In this document: piece after piece, positions 50,330 to 64,000 of the stretch | Layout: every line of letters begins with the position of its first letter | How positions within the stretch are numbered: position 1 is the stretch's first letter | From: Octopus vulgaris | Taxonomy: Eukaryota | Assembly (NCBI GenBank): GCA_951406725.2 | Contig: OX597821.1 | Location: forward strand, 29,202,001-29,266,000 | Direction: 5' to 3' | DNA length: 64,000 bases | The notes under the pieces: model-generated | Told to the model about the DNA's origin: nothing | What the model saw: only the letters and a program-made list of their open reading frames with translations | Database searches by the model: none | Position numbers and translations under genes: made by a program

Positions 50330-50680
50330 ATTGGGTCAAATCTGCCTTTCATGCCAATAGGGTTGATAAAATAAAGTAGCAGTTAAGTACTGGTCTTAAT
50401 GAATGGTATCAACTAACCCTTCCTCTCAAAATTATTGGCGTTGTGCCAAACTTTGAAACTATAATAATAATAATGAATTCGAATTTTGGCAGCAGGATAG
50501 CAATTTTGGGCAAGGGTATAAGTTGATTACATTGACTGAATACTCAACTTGGTGCCTATTTTATCAGCCCCAAGAGGATGAAAGGCAAAGTCAACCTCGG
50601 TAGAATTTGAACTCAGAACACAAAGACAAACAAAATGTTATAAAGTGGCCTGCCTAACCATTCTGCCAGCTTGCCGCCTT
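50330..50680. mobile_element. Tail-to-tail inverted pair of family-A SINEs
   Basis: Plus-strand copy at 50330-50470 and minus-strand full-length copy at 50480-50680 (ends CTGCCAGCTTGCCGCCTT). Confidence 0.85.
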
Positions 50681-52144
50681 AACAATAATAATAATAATTA
50701 GTAGCAACAATAGTAGTGGTGGTGGTAGTATTTTTGAGATTGCATTTGAGTTAGAAGACAAACAAAACAGTGGTAGAGTTTAAAAATTTGGACAAGAGCT
50801 ATGATATATAATGAGAAAGGGACGGAGAGAGAGAGGGTGGTGGGGACGAGAAGTTTGATTGAAAGTCTTCAACCACCTGCTACTACAGAACACATTAGAG
50901 GCAACGTTGCCATTGACATCATCACCACCACCACTAGCGACGACATATTTGCAACTTCCCAGGTGATATTAGTCATATCTTTCATATTTTTATATTCTTT
51001 ACATTTTCTATTTACAACATCTGCTAGTTCATTTTAAAATGAATTATTTCTACATATAACTCTATTCTTTTTCTTGCTTTAAATTCAGTACCTTTACTCA
51101 TGGCTTTGAAAGCTCCTGATCTACGACACTACAGTCCTTCTGTAAGACAAATATCAGATTCAGAGTTACCTATCCTAAAGAAACCTTTCTGATAAAAAGA
51201 TAAGTGAAACAGTAATATGACAACATATTGTCACAGGACATACGACACATTATCTAACAGAGGGATATGGTTATGTGGTTGGATGTATGAAGTATCATGG
51301 GCCATGACATATGACTCTTGCTTGTCTGCTCCACTACATCAAAATGCAAACAGGCATCTTAATGTCAACTAATTCACTGTACTAAATAAATTTACAACCT
51401 CTCTAAACTCTACTCATGCCCTGAGGATTTTCTGTTTGTAAATCAAGATTATACATGACTGTGTGGTTAAGACGTTTGGTTCTGAATCACATGGCTTCAG
51501 GTTCAGTGACACAGCATGTCTTCTACTATAGCTCTGGGTTGACCAAAGCCATGTAAGTGGATTTGGTAGGTGAAAAATGAAAGGAGCCAGTGGTATATAA
51601 ATAAATATGTATATGTGCATATATGTATGAGAGTGCATGTATGTGTCTCCTTGTCTTCACATTGCATGACAGTTGGGAATGAGTGCCATTGTCCTCCAAG
51701 CATTTCTAAGGTTCCACAAAAACTTATCTTGTGATGAGGAAATATTACATTATTATATAAGTATGTATATGTATATTATGTTTGAAGTAGAACATTGCTC
51801 AAGCATGTCAGTAGTAGCATCTCACCCCATAGCATAACAAATCTTATTGAAATTCAGGAACTTCAGTAAATGATGTAGATCCGCCACTGTAGTTTTCCAT
51901 TGCTATTTCCTGGTTTTCCTTTGCTATTTCCAGTACAATAGATAGGTACTTGCTTACTCTTACCATGCTGAGTTCACACTCATCTACAGTCAGTTGTTCT
52001 TTATAATATACAAAATCAATAAAAACAGTAATATATTTTCATGTATCTATATAGTCCAAATGAACCCCTTATGAATGATATTACAGTGGAATTGCAGAAT
52101 CCATAGCATGGACATAAATCACTTGCACTATTTAGTGCCATCAA

Positions 52145-52505
52145 GGAAGCAAGATAGCAGAATTGTTAGCATACCAGGCAGAATGCTTAGTGACATTTTG
52201 TCTGTCTTCAGGTTCTGAGTTCAAATTTCGCAGAGGTCAACTTTACCTTTCATCCTTTCAGGGTTGATAAAATAAGTATCAGTCGAGTACTGGGGTCAAT
52301 GTAATCGATTTAATTCCTCCCCCGAAATTGCTGGCCTTGTGCCAAAATTTGTAAACAATGTTTAGCGTCATCTCCTTACATCCGTGAGCTCAGATTCTGC
52401 CAAGAAAAATTTTTCATTTCATCTCTCTGGGGTTGATAAAATAAAGTATTAATCATAAATAAAGTACAAAATTCCTAGCCTTCTGCCTATGCTAGAAACA
52501 ATTAC
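52145..52505 (+). mobile_element. Family-A SINE followed by a second partial copy
   Basis: GCAGAATTGTTAGC..GAGTTCAAATTTC..CCTTTCATCCTTTCAGGGTTGATAAAATAAGT..GGCCTTGTGCCAAAATTTG, then the core again at about 52390-52450. Confidence 0.85.
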
Positions 52506-52901
52506 TATTTCTAGTCTATTTATAGTTCCATTCTCTCTCTACACACATATATATATATAGTGTTTTACTGAAACTGAGAGTTTATTTGTGACTTGTGTTT
52601 CACGTCATTGCAATCCCATTCAGCCAACATAAACCAACACACACATATATATAAGAGAGAGGGAACTGTCTAAAATACACACACACACACAGTATCAGTA
52701 TGGGTAAATACTTATATATATTTGGACGTGAGAATCTGCATGCATGGGTATATACACCCTACAAAGTGTCAACTCATTAAAATTTGCAGACCTAAGAAAC
52801 ACCAATGTAAAACAACCTAAACACCACTGATATAACCACACCCTACCACCACTGCAGCTGCTACCAAAGGACTAGTAGTAGTAGTAGTTGTGGTAGTAGT
52901 G

Positions 52902-52951
<50 letters not shown>

Positions 52952-53974
52952 GGTAGTAGCAGTAGTAAGCACTTCTGCAATGCATTATCATAGTGGAGCT
53001 ATATTCTCATGTTGTTTCTAAAAACAGATCATTGAATCTAGCAGCCTCAGTAATGACCGAGGATGGAGGGCTGTTGTGAGGCAGGGAACTTGACTGGGAT
53101 GGTGGATAAAAGTTTTGCTACTGTTGTTGTTGTTCAAACAATTCCTACAGCGCTACATCCCTCCCATCATCATACCAAATGAGAATATATGTATAACCCA
53201 GATGTAGCCAATGAAATCCTTAAAGAGTGACAACAGCACTTGCACACTTTTTACAGATATATGATGTCTACTGCTTCATGTCATTAGCAGGGGCTAGCCA
53301 GGACTGTGCAGACGTTATTAAAACACATTTGGTCCTTAGATGAAAGGCTTAAAACATATGGTCTCCATTTAATAAACAGTAAGGAATTCAGTATTCAAAC
53401 TGAGCAAGCTGAGTGGTGTCTCTAACTAAAAAAGGACAAAAAAATAAAAATATAATAAAATAAAACAGTTGGATCATAGATACAGATATGGCTGTGTGGT
53501 TCAGCGGCTCACTTAGAATTCATATTGCTTTGGGTTCCATTCCATTGAGTAGCACCTTGAGCAGACGTCTTGTACAACAGCCTTAAGTCAATTAATTACT
53601 TGTGACTGGATTTGGTAGATAGAAACTGAATGGAATCTTACTGTGTGTGTGTGTCTTTCACCACGTGGAAAAAATAACTAAGGCATAAACACTTAAAGGT
53701 ACTGTAGCAAGGCCACAGTCCAAAGACTAGAACAAATATATGAATAAAATAACAATACAGTTGTAAATAAATTATGTGTTTGAAGTAATGGTCCCAAACG
53801 GAAGAGTCAAATTATTGGTCACCTGAATGAAGACTGACCTTGGGTTAAAAACCAGCAACATCCACTAAATAGAAATTCCCTTGTTCACTAGTATTGTCAT
53901 AGTGAGAGGGATGTGTACTTGCAGTAAATGTAACAAGATGAACTAATTGCCCCACCAAATTTAATTTTGTCCAC

Positions 53975-54300
53975 AAACTTCCCAAGTGGCATAATGGCCT
54001 CTGCTCCACAGAGCAGGTTGACTAATATAATCTCCTCTCAATCATTTACATCCCACTTATCTCTCCTTTTCTCATCACTTTTGTTGTGTCCAATCAGCCT
54101 TAATTCATAACTCTTCCCAGTCATTCCTTCCCAGATATCATCCTACTGGAATTCTCACACGATCATATCTTTACCTGCAATGCTGACTTACAAAGCTTCA
54201 AGAGGAATATCAATGGCATCGATCTTGCCAGCCTGAAAGAGCTTGGAAAGGCTATGGATTCTGCCTCTTCCACCATCAAGTACAAACAATAAAAAAGAAT
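53975..54300 (+). pseudogene. 3' end of a CR1-group (Zenon-like) LINE
   Basis: KWHNGLCSTE..SQSFLPR..WNS..HIFTCNADLQSFKRNINGIDL matches Y..G.CS.EL...SF.PRT..LWNSLP..VFP...L..FK. An A-rich end follows. Confidence 0.6.
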
Positions 54301-57299
54301 AAAATCCTACATCACTGTTTATACAGAAGGGGATGAAGATGTCAGTCTGAAACATGTACAAAGACCTATTAAATTGACATTATTTCTTCTTACAGGAATC
54401 CATGTTAACTTTGACCGATTACCAAAGACATTCTGACCATGATCATTCCATTTGTGTCTCCAACACTATATTGTATTCTTTTTGTGATCAGTGGGAAATC
54501 TGCTACTATTTCTAGTAAGTTGAGAAACCAAATGAAAACTCATTCATTGGTTTATTTTGACAGTGTTGTTGATGATGGCTGTAATAACACTAGAAGTGGT
54601 TGCTATAATTCAGCCATAGGCCAACATGCATGGTTAAAGTAATCCTTTAACATGATAAAGAGCAAACTAAAAGAGACCTGTCTGGTATTTCTAGTATGAT
54701 CAACAACTGTATAGCAGGTTTAAGAGTAGTAAGAGAGTTTGTAGTTGCGATAGTGTTACAGGAAGTTGTGGTGGTTGTTGTTTACCTGATATCACCCCCA
54801 ACTCAACAGATTTATGATCAAGAAGTATTCCAGCTATGATCAACCTGCATGGTCGGGTGTTTAAGAAGTTTGCTTTCTAGCCACATGGTTTCTTATTCAG
54901 ACTGATCTGTGTAGTACCTTGGGCAAGTGTTTCTCACTCTAGCTTGTGAGTAAATTTGGAAGGCGGAAACTCAAAGAAGCCATTGTGGGCATGTGTGTGT
55001 GTGTGTATAATAGAAAGAAATAATGAGCTATGTAAATTTATTTATCTTTTTATTTATTATAGGCTTACAGTTGTTTCAGTGCCACAGCATGACACACTGA
55101 ACGAGTGTAATCTACTACAGCACTAGGCCAAGCAAAACATAGTGAGTGGATTTGGTGTACAGAAAATAAAAGAAATCTATAATGCCTATGTTTATGTGTG
55201 TAACTTTGGGTTTGTGAGGTATTTGAGTCCCAACATCTGCTTGACAATCAGTGTTGGTTTATTTACATCTCCCTAACTTAGCAATTTGGTAAAAGAGACC
55301 AAAAAAATAAGGACTAGACTTGTAAAAAAATAAGTACTGGGGGTTGATATTTTTGACTAAATCCTTCTAGGTGGTGGCCCCAGTATGATTAAAACAAGTA
55401 GAAGATTAAAGATGTGTGCATGTATATAAGTGTGTCTGTGTGTCTCCTTGTCTTGACACTGTACAATAGTTGTAAATGAGTGTCACTGTTATAAAAGCGA
55501 TGTTGTGTGTGGCCAATATTCTGTGAAAACTTGTCCGATCATGAGGAAATGTTACTCTGCTTGGAAATAGTTGAGAGTTGGTGATAGGAAGGGTATCCAG
55601 CCATAGAAATTCTGCCTCAACAAATTCCATCAGACATATGCAAGCATGGAAAACTGGGCATTAAGAAATGATGTTGATCATCATCATCATGACCTAGAAC
55701 TACATTAACTAACGTACATTTTCCTTCGAGGGGAATTTCAGTGCTGTAAGTGGCCTCATATTTAACACTTCATGATTCAATGCTGTCTTAGTCTCAATAA
55801 CTTCTTTTTTTAAGACTGTAAAGTATGATTTAAATAAAATTTGGCTGCTATTTCTAGCAGACTGAGCTGGCACAAAAAGGGCTGCTATTTTTTTGTCTTG
55901 TGGTAATCGCAGCACTAGAAGAACGGGATTCTGACAACTGCAGTGTGGAGGTAACAGGTTGTAGAGGTGATGGTTGTGGTAATTACGGTTGCAAACATAG
56001 TGGTAATAGCTTAGCAGTTACTGCAATGAATTAATGGTGGTGGTGGTGGTGGTGGGAGATGTGTTTTGATAGTGACTCACTGTTTACTTTGATGAGAAAG
56101 TCATTCTGAAGACAGCTTGCTTTAATTTGTGGTCTGTCCCCTTCCTGCAGGAACCTTATTTTAGAACGTACATGTGTGTGCGTGTGTGTGTGTGTGTGCG
56201 TGTGAGTGTGTGTGTGTGTGTGTTTGTGTGTTTGTGTGTGCGTGTGCATGCAGTCACACACATAAATATATGTACTGGCAGCTGAATGTATTGATGTGCA
56301 TGCATGAAAAAAAAAAGGGGGGTTTCTGTGGATTTAGTTGAAATGCGTGTAGATATCTGTGTCTGAGATTGATAGAGACAGACAGTGATTCAAGCAGGGG
56401 TGGAGCATGTGTGTATGTGTGTCTCTGTCAATGTCTGTGTGAATAAGTGTGTTTGTGAGTATGTTTGCGTGTATTTGTATTTTTATGCATTCTTTTTTAT
56501 TATCATATAAAACAGTCAGGAGTTAAAAGAGAGTACGTACTTGTTTTATACGTGGATGCATTTGTATAATTGTGTATATGTGTATGTCAACATGCATTTT
56601 CTTGTGTCAATATGAATCCGTGTTATCAGTATGCGTATGTTTGCCTGTGTATTTGTAAATATGAATTTATTTTACAAAGAACCATTTTTTATTTAAATTT
56701 TTTTTAGAGGAGAGGGAGAACACTTATATGCTTTACACGTGTGTGTATTTAAGAAAGTGTATATGCAAATATATTTGCATGAACATAAACCAATGGATGG
56801 GCAATGAGTCTTATCACCCCATGGCTGAGAACTGCCCCAAACCAATCACAGTGGCAAGTGCTTATCAAGCAAGTCACCCGAGGTTGTTGTTAGTTGACTT
56901 GAGGAGGTCACAACAATTAGACATTCATGGAAGTAGGCTTGTAGTGGATAATATAAATAAGTCCCTGATATATGTGTAATTGCATAAGTGCTTTTTTTAA
57001 AATTGATTTTTGATCTTTCTCGGGGTTTTTACTACATTGGTGTGGAAAGTGGGGGAGCTGGCAGAATTATTAGTGTGTCAGATAAATGCTCAGCAGAATT
57101 TCATTAGACTATACATTGCTAGCTCAAATCATGCCTAGGTCAATTCTATCTTTCAGCCATTTGAGGTTGATAAAATAAAGTAGAAGTGTAATACAGCTGT
57201 CCATGTAAAGGACTCACCCTACCTTCCCTAAAAATTACTGGCATTGTGCTAAAATTTGAAACCATTAACTTGGTCTGAAGGAAGGGATTGTATCTCAGG

Positions 57300-57635
57300 C
57301 TTTCATAGACCCACTGACAAAGATAAGATTGATATCTTTAATGATCCATTAATCCACAGTAGGTGGACAGCTGCAGGTAAAACATGTGAAAGGGGAGAAT
57401 TTCTGAGGACCAACTTTCTAGAAAAAAGCAACTGGATGTATTTATTAGCAGCAGACTAAGCTGAGTGACAAGAAGAAGGGAGAGAAAGGAGATATGAATA
57501 CCTGGGCGGAGCTGACACATGACCCACCAGCTCCTGCTTCTGCATGTATCTGAAGTGTGTGCATATTTAAAGACATGTTGATATTTGTCTCCATATGAAA
57601 ACAAGAGATTAAAAGATACATGTTGACACATATTG
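57300..57635 (-). pseudogene. Second, more decayed copy of the Zenon-like LINE 3' end
   Basis: ..QELVGHV..ANKYIQLLFSRKLVLRNSPLSHVLPAAVHLLWI aligns by eye to the same motif as 53975. Confidence 0.45.
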
Positions 57636-57743
57636 TTTGCTACTGTTTTGTTATTTTAGCCTTGTATTTTAAACATTTTATTTTCATTAAATTTTAAAAC
57701 AACTTGAATTTAAATATATACATATTTTCTGAAATGTTATATA

Positions 57744-57960
57744 TACTCTTTAATCTTTTACTTGTTTCAGTCATTTGACTGTGGCCATGCTGGAGCACCG
57801 CCTTTAGTAGAGCAAATCGACCACAGGACTTATTCTCTGTAAGCGTAGTACTTATTCTATCTTATGTCTCTTATGCCGAACTGCTAAGTTATGGAGATGT
57901 AAACACACCAGCATCAGTTGTCAAGCGACAGCGGGGGGACAAACACAGACACACAAACAT

Positions 57961-57991
<31 letters not shown>

Positions 57992-58163
57992 CATATATAC
58001 GACGGGCTTCTTTCAGTTTCCATCTACCAAATCGACTCACAAGACTTTGGTCGGCCAGAGGCTATAGTAGAAGACACTTGCCCAAGGTGCCACGCAGTGG
58101 GACTGAACCCGGAACCATGTGGTTGGTAAGCAAGCTACTTACCACACAGCCACTCCTACGCCT
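57744..58163 (-). mobile_element. Full-length family-B SINE
   Basis: Reverse complement of 34165-34578 with high identity. Confidence 0.93.
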
Positions 58164-58684
58164 ATATGTGTGTGCGCGCGCACACACACGCACACACTCC
58201 TTCTTAATGTAATGTGTTCAGTATGCAAGCATTTTACTTATTTTATTGCTAAGTCAGAGAAAGAAATCAATGAATATGGCCCTTGGTGGCATTGTTGTTG
58301 TATTCTGACCCTGTCAGCTCCAATTAAATGGACCTATAATCAAAGGTCTACCAGCAATGGCCATTACACCTTTTTAAAAGTACATCAAAAACTATATTAC
58401 TTAAAATGTTTTGTTCTTTCCCAGGACAACAGACTATGGTATGATGGAGATCTGGCTGTTATTTCTAGAAGGTGAAAAGAACAGGTAGAGGCCCTTCCCA
58501 CAATCTCATGCAGCTTCATAGCCAGGTGAAGTGAAGGAGAACAGAAGATGATTGAATGTTAAAGTTTTGCAGGGGGGAAATAGGTTGGGTAGGAGCTGTT
58601 GTTGTTTAGCCACAGGTCAATTCTGATAAAGCAAATCTATGATGATGGTAGACTATGAAGTGGACAACTGAAGGATACTGTTTT

Positions 58685-58735
58685 GGTGGTAGTGGTGGTG
58701 GTGGTGGTAGTAGTAACAGCAGCAGCAGCAACAAC

Positions 58736-58802
<67 letters not shown>
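58685..58802. repeat. (TGG)n-(CAG)n-(TAG)n compound trinucleotide repeat
   Basis: Direct reading. It explains the poly-L/T/S ORFs here. Confidence 0.95.
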
Positions 58803-59509
58803 AAAGTAAGATATTGAAGATACAGGTAGTAATTGTTGTCAACAAGCTCTAAGTTATGTTTGACAGAATAAATCAGAAGCATTTCTAACCATGACCAACA
58901 CATCAATTTTTCAAACCTTAGGCTACTTATCCAGAGCTATTCATATAAAATATTCTCCCATTTTAAAGACAGTAACAAAATAATTTCATTGCAAACTGGA
59001 AAGTAATAAAATAAAATAAAAATTACTAGGACAGGACAAAACAACAATGAAAACAATGCTTAAAATTACAAAGCTCTTTTTAAAAAAAATTATAGAAAAG
59101 CTATTCAACTATTTGCTACTTTGTTTCTAGTAATCAAATCTGTGTGTAACAAAATTATCAAAATGCTCAGATATTAATATGGATTTTCTAAAGCCTTAAA
59201 TTACATTTTTAAAACCCCACAGAGCACCCACCTTAACACCCTTTGCAGTGCAACAGTGCATAACAGCACATTAGAGAGAGACTTCATTGTTATTTCAATT
59301 GCTTTGCTCGTGAGAGAGAAGGTCTAACATTGGTTCATGGCTTCTGATTGCTATAACATGTGAGAGTTTCCTATCAGTCAGATTGCATCTTTGTCAAAGC
59401 TGCTAAAAATATATGAGTGTAACTATAACACTGACTATATACACACACACACACACACAATACTGTTCTATATTTCTTTTGTTCTTCGGAGACATGCTTT
59501 ATGCCAAAC

Positions 59510-59780
59510 ATCATCATCATCGTTTAACGTCTGCTTTCCATGCTAGCATGGGTTGGATGGTTCAACTGGGGTCTGGGAAACCAGAAGGCTGCACCAGGCT
59601 CCAGTCTGATCTAGCAGTGTTTCTACAACTGGATGCCCTTCCTAATGCCAACCACTCTGTGAGTGTAGTGGGTGCTTTTTACGTGCCACCAGCACAGGTG
59701 CCAGACGAGGCTAGCAACAGCCACAATCGGATGGTGCTTTTTACTTGCCACCGGCACGGAGGCCAGTCAGGGCAGCGCTG
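59510..59780 (-). mobile_element. Family-C element with two internal modules
   Basis: Highly similar to 46525-46845. Confidence 0.85.
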
Positions 59781-61060
59781 AAAAGTTCAGGAAGCTATTA
59801 CTTCTCTTGACAACAAAGAGATTCTCTCTCAGAGTAAAGGATATATGGTATGTTTCTTGTGTACGAAGTATAGAGCCACAAGGTCATGAAATATGGGCAT
59901 TGAATACGGAAAATATATAAAGGAATCTGAAATAAGAGAAATGAGACAAGCATTCTCTGTTGGCTTGCTGGGTTGAGAAAAACTGCAAAAGAGGGAAGTC
60001 AAATGTAATGCCTAAGATAGAAGACGGAACTGGTACAGAAGTGTGAGATGGATGAAGGATTAAGATTTTAAGGTACAAAAGGAACAAACAATCTAAATAG
60101 AAAAAAACCCCGCAGAAAGGGGGAACAAGGGTGCTAGACCTAACAAGTAGTGAGATGTTGTAGCTGAGCAGAAGAGCCTTGCAACCTACGCAAACAGGGT
60201 TATTCTTTTATATGTTTCAGTCTTGAAGCTAAATAAATAGATAAATCTAAAATAAGAATATGGGAAATCTATATGGAGCTGAATTTCATACAACAAAGAC
60301 ATTTTCAAAACAGTCTTTTTTTTTTTATTCAAGTTTTACAAGTTTTTTTTTTTCTCATGATATTAAACCAGCATCTAAATCATTATTTGCTCATTAAAAT
60401 GATATTCTTTAATTACTGTAAATAAGATCACAGGCAAGATGATATGTAAATAACATTTACTTTTTAAATTTAAATATAGTTGACATAATATTTTCAAAGA
60501 AAAGAGAGTAAAAAAATCTGACATACTAATTAATAGCTTAGAAGTACTGAAGACATGTGGTTTGCCAGATGATGTACAATGTGTGTGTGTGTGTGTGTTT
60601 GACTAGTATAGAAATAAAACTCGCTTCTCTATGTTAAGTAAAAAATGTGTGTTTGTGCATGTACACACATATACAAATATGCACATCCATACGTATGTTG
60701 TTATATGGTAGAATGTGTTTGTATGTAAGGGTGTGAACACATTCACAGACATACAAATGTACTTGTGTGTGTGTGTGTGTGTGTAAATGAGATGTTAATT
60801 GAGCAAACAACACAGAATCTAAAGTAAATATATATTTAGTTTATACAGACACACACATTACATAGATGAAAATGTGTGCATGTAGGTAAATGTATGTACA
60901 CTCACAGAGTATATGTATGAATCTGTGTGTGTGTGTGTGTGTTCAATTAAATACACACCACCTGAAATGTCAGATCAGGCTGAAGGAGAAAATATTTTCT
61001 TTGGACATATGACTTGTTACTTCTTTCTGCCCCACAGTTTCCATGCACAAACACACCCAA

Positions 61061-61100
<40 letters not shown>

Positions 61101-61305
61101 GAACCAACATAGATATAAGCCTAGAATTAACAGCTCTGACAGCTTCATGAAGCCATCTCAATTTTGGAGGGTGTCCAGGCTGTCAATAAATCACCTCCGC
61201 ACCCTAATGGCCACTCTCACCCCCATCCCTTTCACCCATACTATTATGATTACAACAGTGATGATGATTATAATGATGGCAGCATTTTAAAACTGAACAG
61301 CAAAG

Positions 61306-61343
<38 letters not shown>

Positions 61344-61444
61344 AAAAATTAAAGCTACAATTATAGAAGTGTTTGGAAATAGAATTTAATCTAAAAGCTT
61401 TAGCGTAATAACAAACCATCACCATCATCATCATATTAATAACT

Positions 61445-62185
61445 GTGGCTTCTAATTGATGTAGAAGGCCATCAATTTTGCAGCAAAGGGTGGGGTAAAT
61501 TGATAGCATCAACCCCCAGTAACTGACTGCTACTTTATTTTGTCGAATCCGAAAGGATGAAAGGTGAAGTTAGCCTCAGTGGGATTTGAAATCAGAACTT
61601 AAAGAACTAAAACAAAAGCTGCAAGGCAATTTTTTTTCAATGCTCTGATGATTTTGTTTGCTCTGCTCGTGCGCATGACCAGTAGTTTCATGGAGAGTGG
61701 GTAAGGCAACAGTGGGTAAGATTGATACTTTGCTTTATTGTTTCCCAAAGAGATGAAAGGCAAAGCTGATTTTGGTGGGACTTGATCATAATAAAGAGGG
61801 AGAGGATACCGCAAAGCATATTTTAACTATTCTACAAGATAACCAGTAATAAGAAGCATAATCATAAAAATGAATTATTACAAACAAGAGAGCCTTCATC
61901 ATAATCACCATAAAAAAAGATGGCATTTATCATCATTACCATCACATCATTATGATTTAATGCGGGTACTTCAACTTCACATGGTTGCAACACTATTGGC
62001 TTCAAATTTTGGCACTATGCCAGCAATTTTGTGTGTGGGAGTAAGTTGATTATATTAACCATAGTGCTCAACTGGTACTTAGTTTATCGATCAGGAAAGG
62101 ATGAAAAGTAAAGTCGAGCTTGGCGGAATTTGAACACAGAATGTAAAGACAAACGAAATTGCTGAAACAATTCTGAGAGTTCAAG
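61445..62185 (-). mobile_element. Three minus-strand family-A SINE copies
   Basis: GATGAAAG(G/T) cores at about 61555, 61752 and 62100. Confidence 0.75.
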
Positions 62186-62439
62186 CAACGTCATTAACCA
62201 CTTAATTTGCTAGAAGTGATAGCTGAATCTTCCTTAAAATAGATCCTCAACTATCTTACAAATTAAAGGAGAATATAAAATGGTTAATATAATATTTGAA
62301 ATTAATGGTAATAGGAAAGAAAGGAAAAATGAAAAAAATAAGATAGATGGATGGCCATGGTTAGAAAGTCTTTGATAATGAGTCTGTCTGATAATGGTTC
62401 TGACCTTGGGGCTAAACAACAATTAAAATTCTCGCTATC

Positions 62440-63050
62440 ACTATCGTCAACATTTTGATCAATTTATCACAATCACCATCAGTTACAGCATCTCTACAGT
62501 TGCTATATCATTATCAACATAATCATTACCAGCAATGTCATAAAAATCTTGATCAATTTTACTACAATTACTATGATTACAACAATTGCCACCACCACTA
62601 CCATGACTAACACATGTACTACTACCATCACCACCACTATCAGTACAGCAATACTCATCATCAGTATAACTACTACTACCAAAACCACCATGATTACTAC
62701 CACTACCTCCATCATTAACTACCATCACCACCACAACCACCACTACTACTAATATCATTTCTACCAACATCATTACCGATTTAAAAGCAGCAGCAACAGT
62801 TTCTTTAGGTGTGGTGATAGGGTATGGGTGAGTGTGAGTGCAAGTGGTGGGTGAGATTACAAAAGTAATATCACTGACACCATATGCAACAACAACAAAA
62901 AAAAACACTCTAAAACTAGCCACAATAAATATCTCTAGAAGCATTACCAAAAATTTCAACACCACCTCTTACTACTACCATTACCCGACAGCCATTAATG
63001 CCCACCACCTCAAACCAACCAGTCACCCAACCAATACTGGTGAAAACTTC
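62440..63050. repeat. Cryptic (ACC/ACT/ATC)n low-complexity tract
   Basis: Degenerate trinucleotide runs. A similar tract lies at 31385-31800. Confidence 0.8.
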
Positions 63051-63141
63051 TCTACTTAATATATATTTGCACAGACTTGGAGGAGAAAGGATTGGATTTC
63101 TGCCAAAGAATAATAAAATAATATAAATAAATAAATAAATA

Positions 63142-63208
<67 letters not shown>

Positions 63209-64000
63209 AGTAGAATTTTTATATGGTGACCAAGCAAATATTCTGAATACAGACTAAAGTGATGTTTGACATCCAAAAGTAGACAAAAACTAATATGATG
63301 TGATAGGGGAAGGGGGCGAAACAAGAGGGGGTGGGTATATGAGATGGGGAGAGAGAGAAACTGAAAGAGAGAGAGAGTGGCAGTAGGAATGGAAGGGAGA
63401 GCAAGTAGGGCAGGAGATAGAGAGAGAAAAGCCTAAAGTGTGATAGGAAAGGACAAAAACAGTAACAAAAACAAATTACGCCTAAGACAAAAGGCTATTC
63501 AAAAAGTACACACATAGAGATCCAGATGCACACACTTAAGTATTGTTATGATATGTAAATATAATTGTTGTGGATTGCTGTTGTTGTTTTTAGCCCCAGG
63601 TCAACCGAATCCAACAGACATATAAGAAAACATTTGAGTCATGGTCATCTAGGTTGCCACCCCACCACCACTGCCACCTATCACACCAACACTAAATAGA
63701 TTTGACTATTATATTGAGCAAATCCAGTAACCATGAAGAGAATCACAAATCCTTTTATCAGATCTTCAAGCAACTCTGCCAATTTAGCACTTATATCAGA
63801 ATTACATGTAAGGTGAACTGACCCAATAGATCACTTGGGAATACCAGCAGTGTGGTACCTGGTCATTTTATCATCATCATTTGTTCCATCTTCCATGCAG
63901 AAAGAGCTAGACAGTTCAGCAAGATCCAACGAGTTACAGGTGTGCATTGTACTATAGTTGGCTGTCCTTCCAAATGACAACCTGTTTAGAGAGTATACAA

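Noticed and set aside
62483-62965. 160-aa V/G/D-rich ORF (also 31384-31722)
   Set aside because: Cryptic trinucleotide low-complexity sequence with no domain and no splice support.

Overview
AT-rich, microsatellite-saturated eukaryotic DNA, most likely an octopus (coleoid cephalopod) intron or intergenic region. The organism is inferred from the tRNA-derived SINE families and repeat landscape, not from a database hit. I found no credible host protein-coding exon: the listed ORFs are microsatellite translations, SINE read-throughs or transposon fossils. The window is a layered transposon record. It holds dozens of tRNA-derived SINEs in at least 5 families, TTAA-flanked piggyBac-type MITEs, and a mariner MITE. 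There are two complete non-autonomous Helitrons, one with a perfect 41-bp terminal palindrome inside the mariner MITE and one splitting an L1-Tx1 reverse-transcriptase fossil. Decayed RTE, CR1-group and hAT coding fragments are also present. A full-length but mutated U6 snRNA copy lies on the minus strand (38376-38480) nested inside a SINE. Other oddities are a 49-bp minisatellite built from a SINE Pol III A-box region, fossil minimal hammerhead-ribozyme motifs (Penelope-like), an 86-bp foldback, repeat/variable-spacer modules in an RTE-tailed element, clustered let-7 seed matches, and three unique islands with candidate cis-regulatory motifs. Family letters A-F are my own working labels. Boundaries of degenerate copies are approximate.
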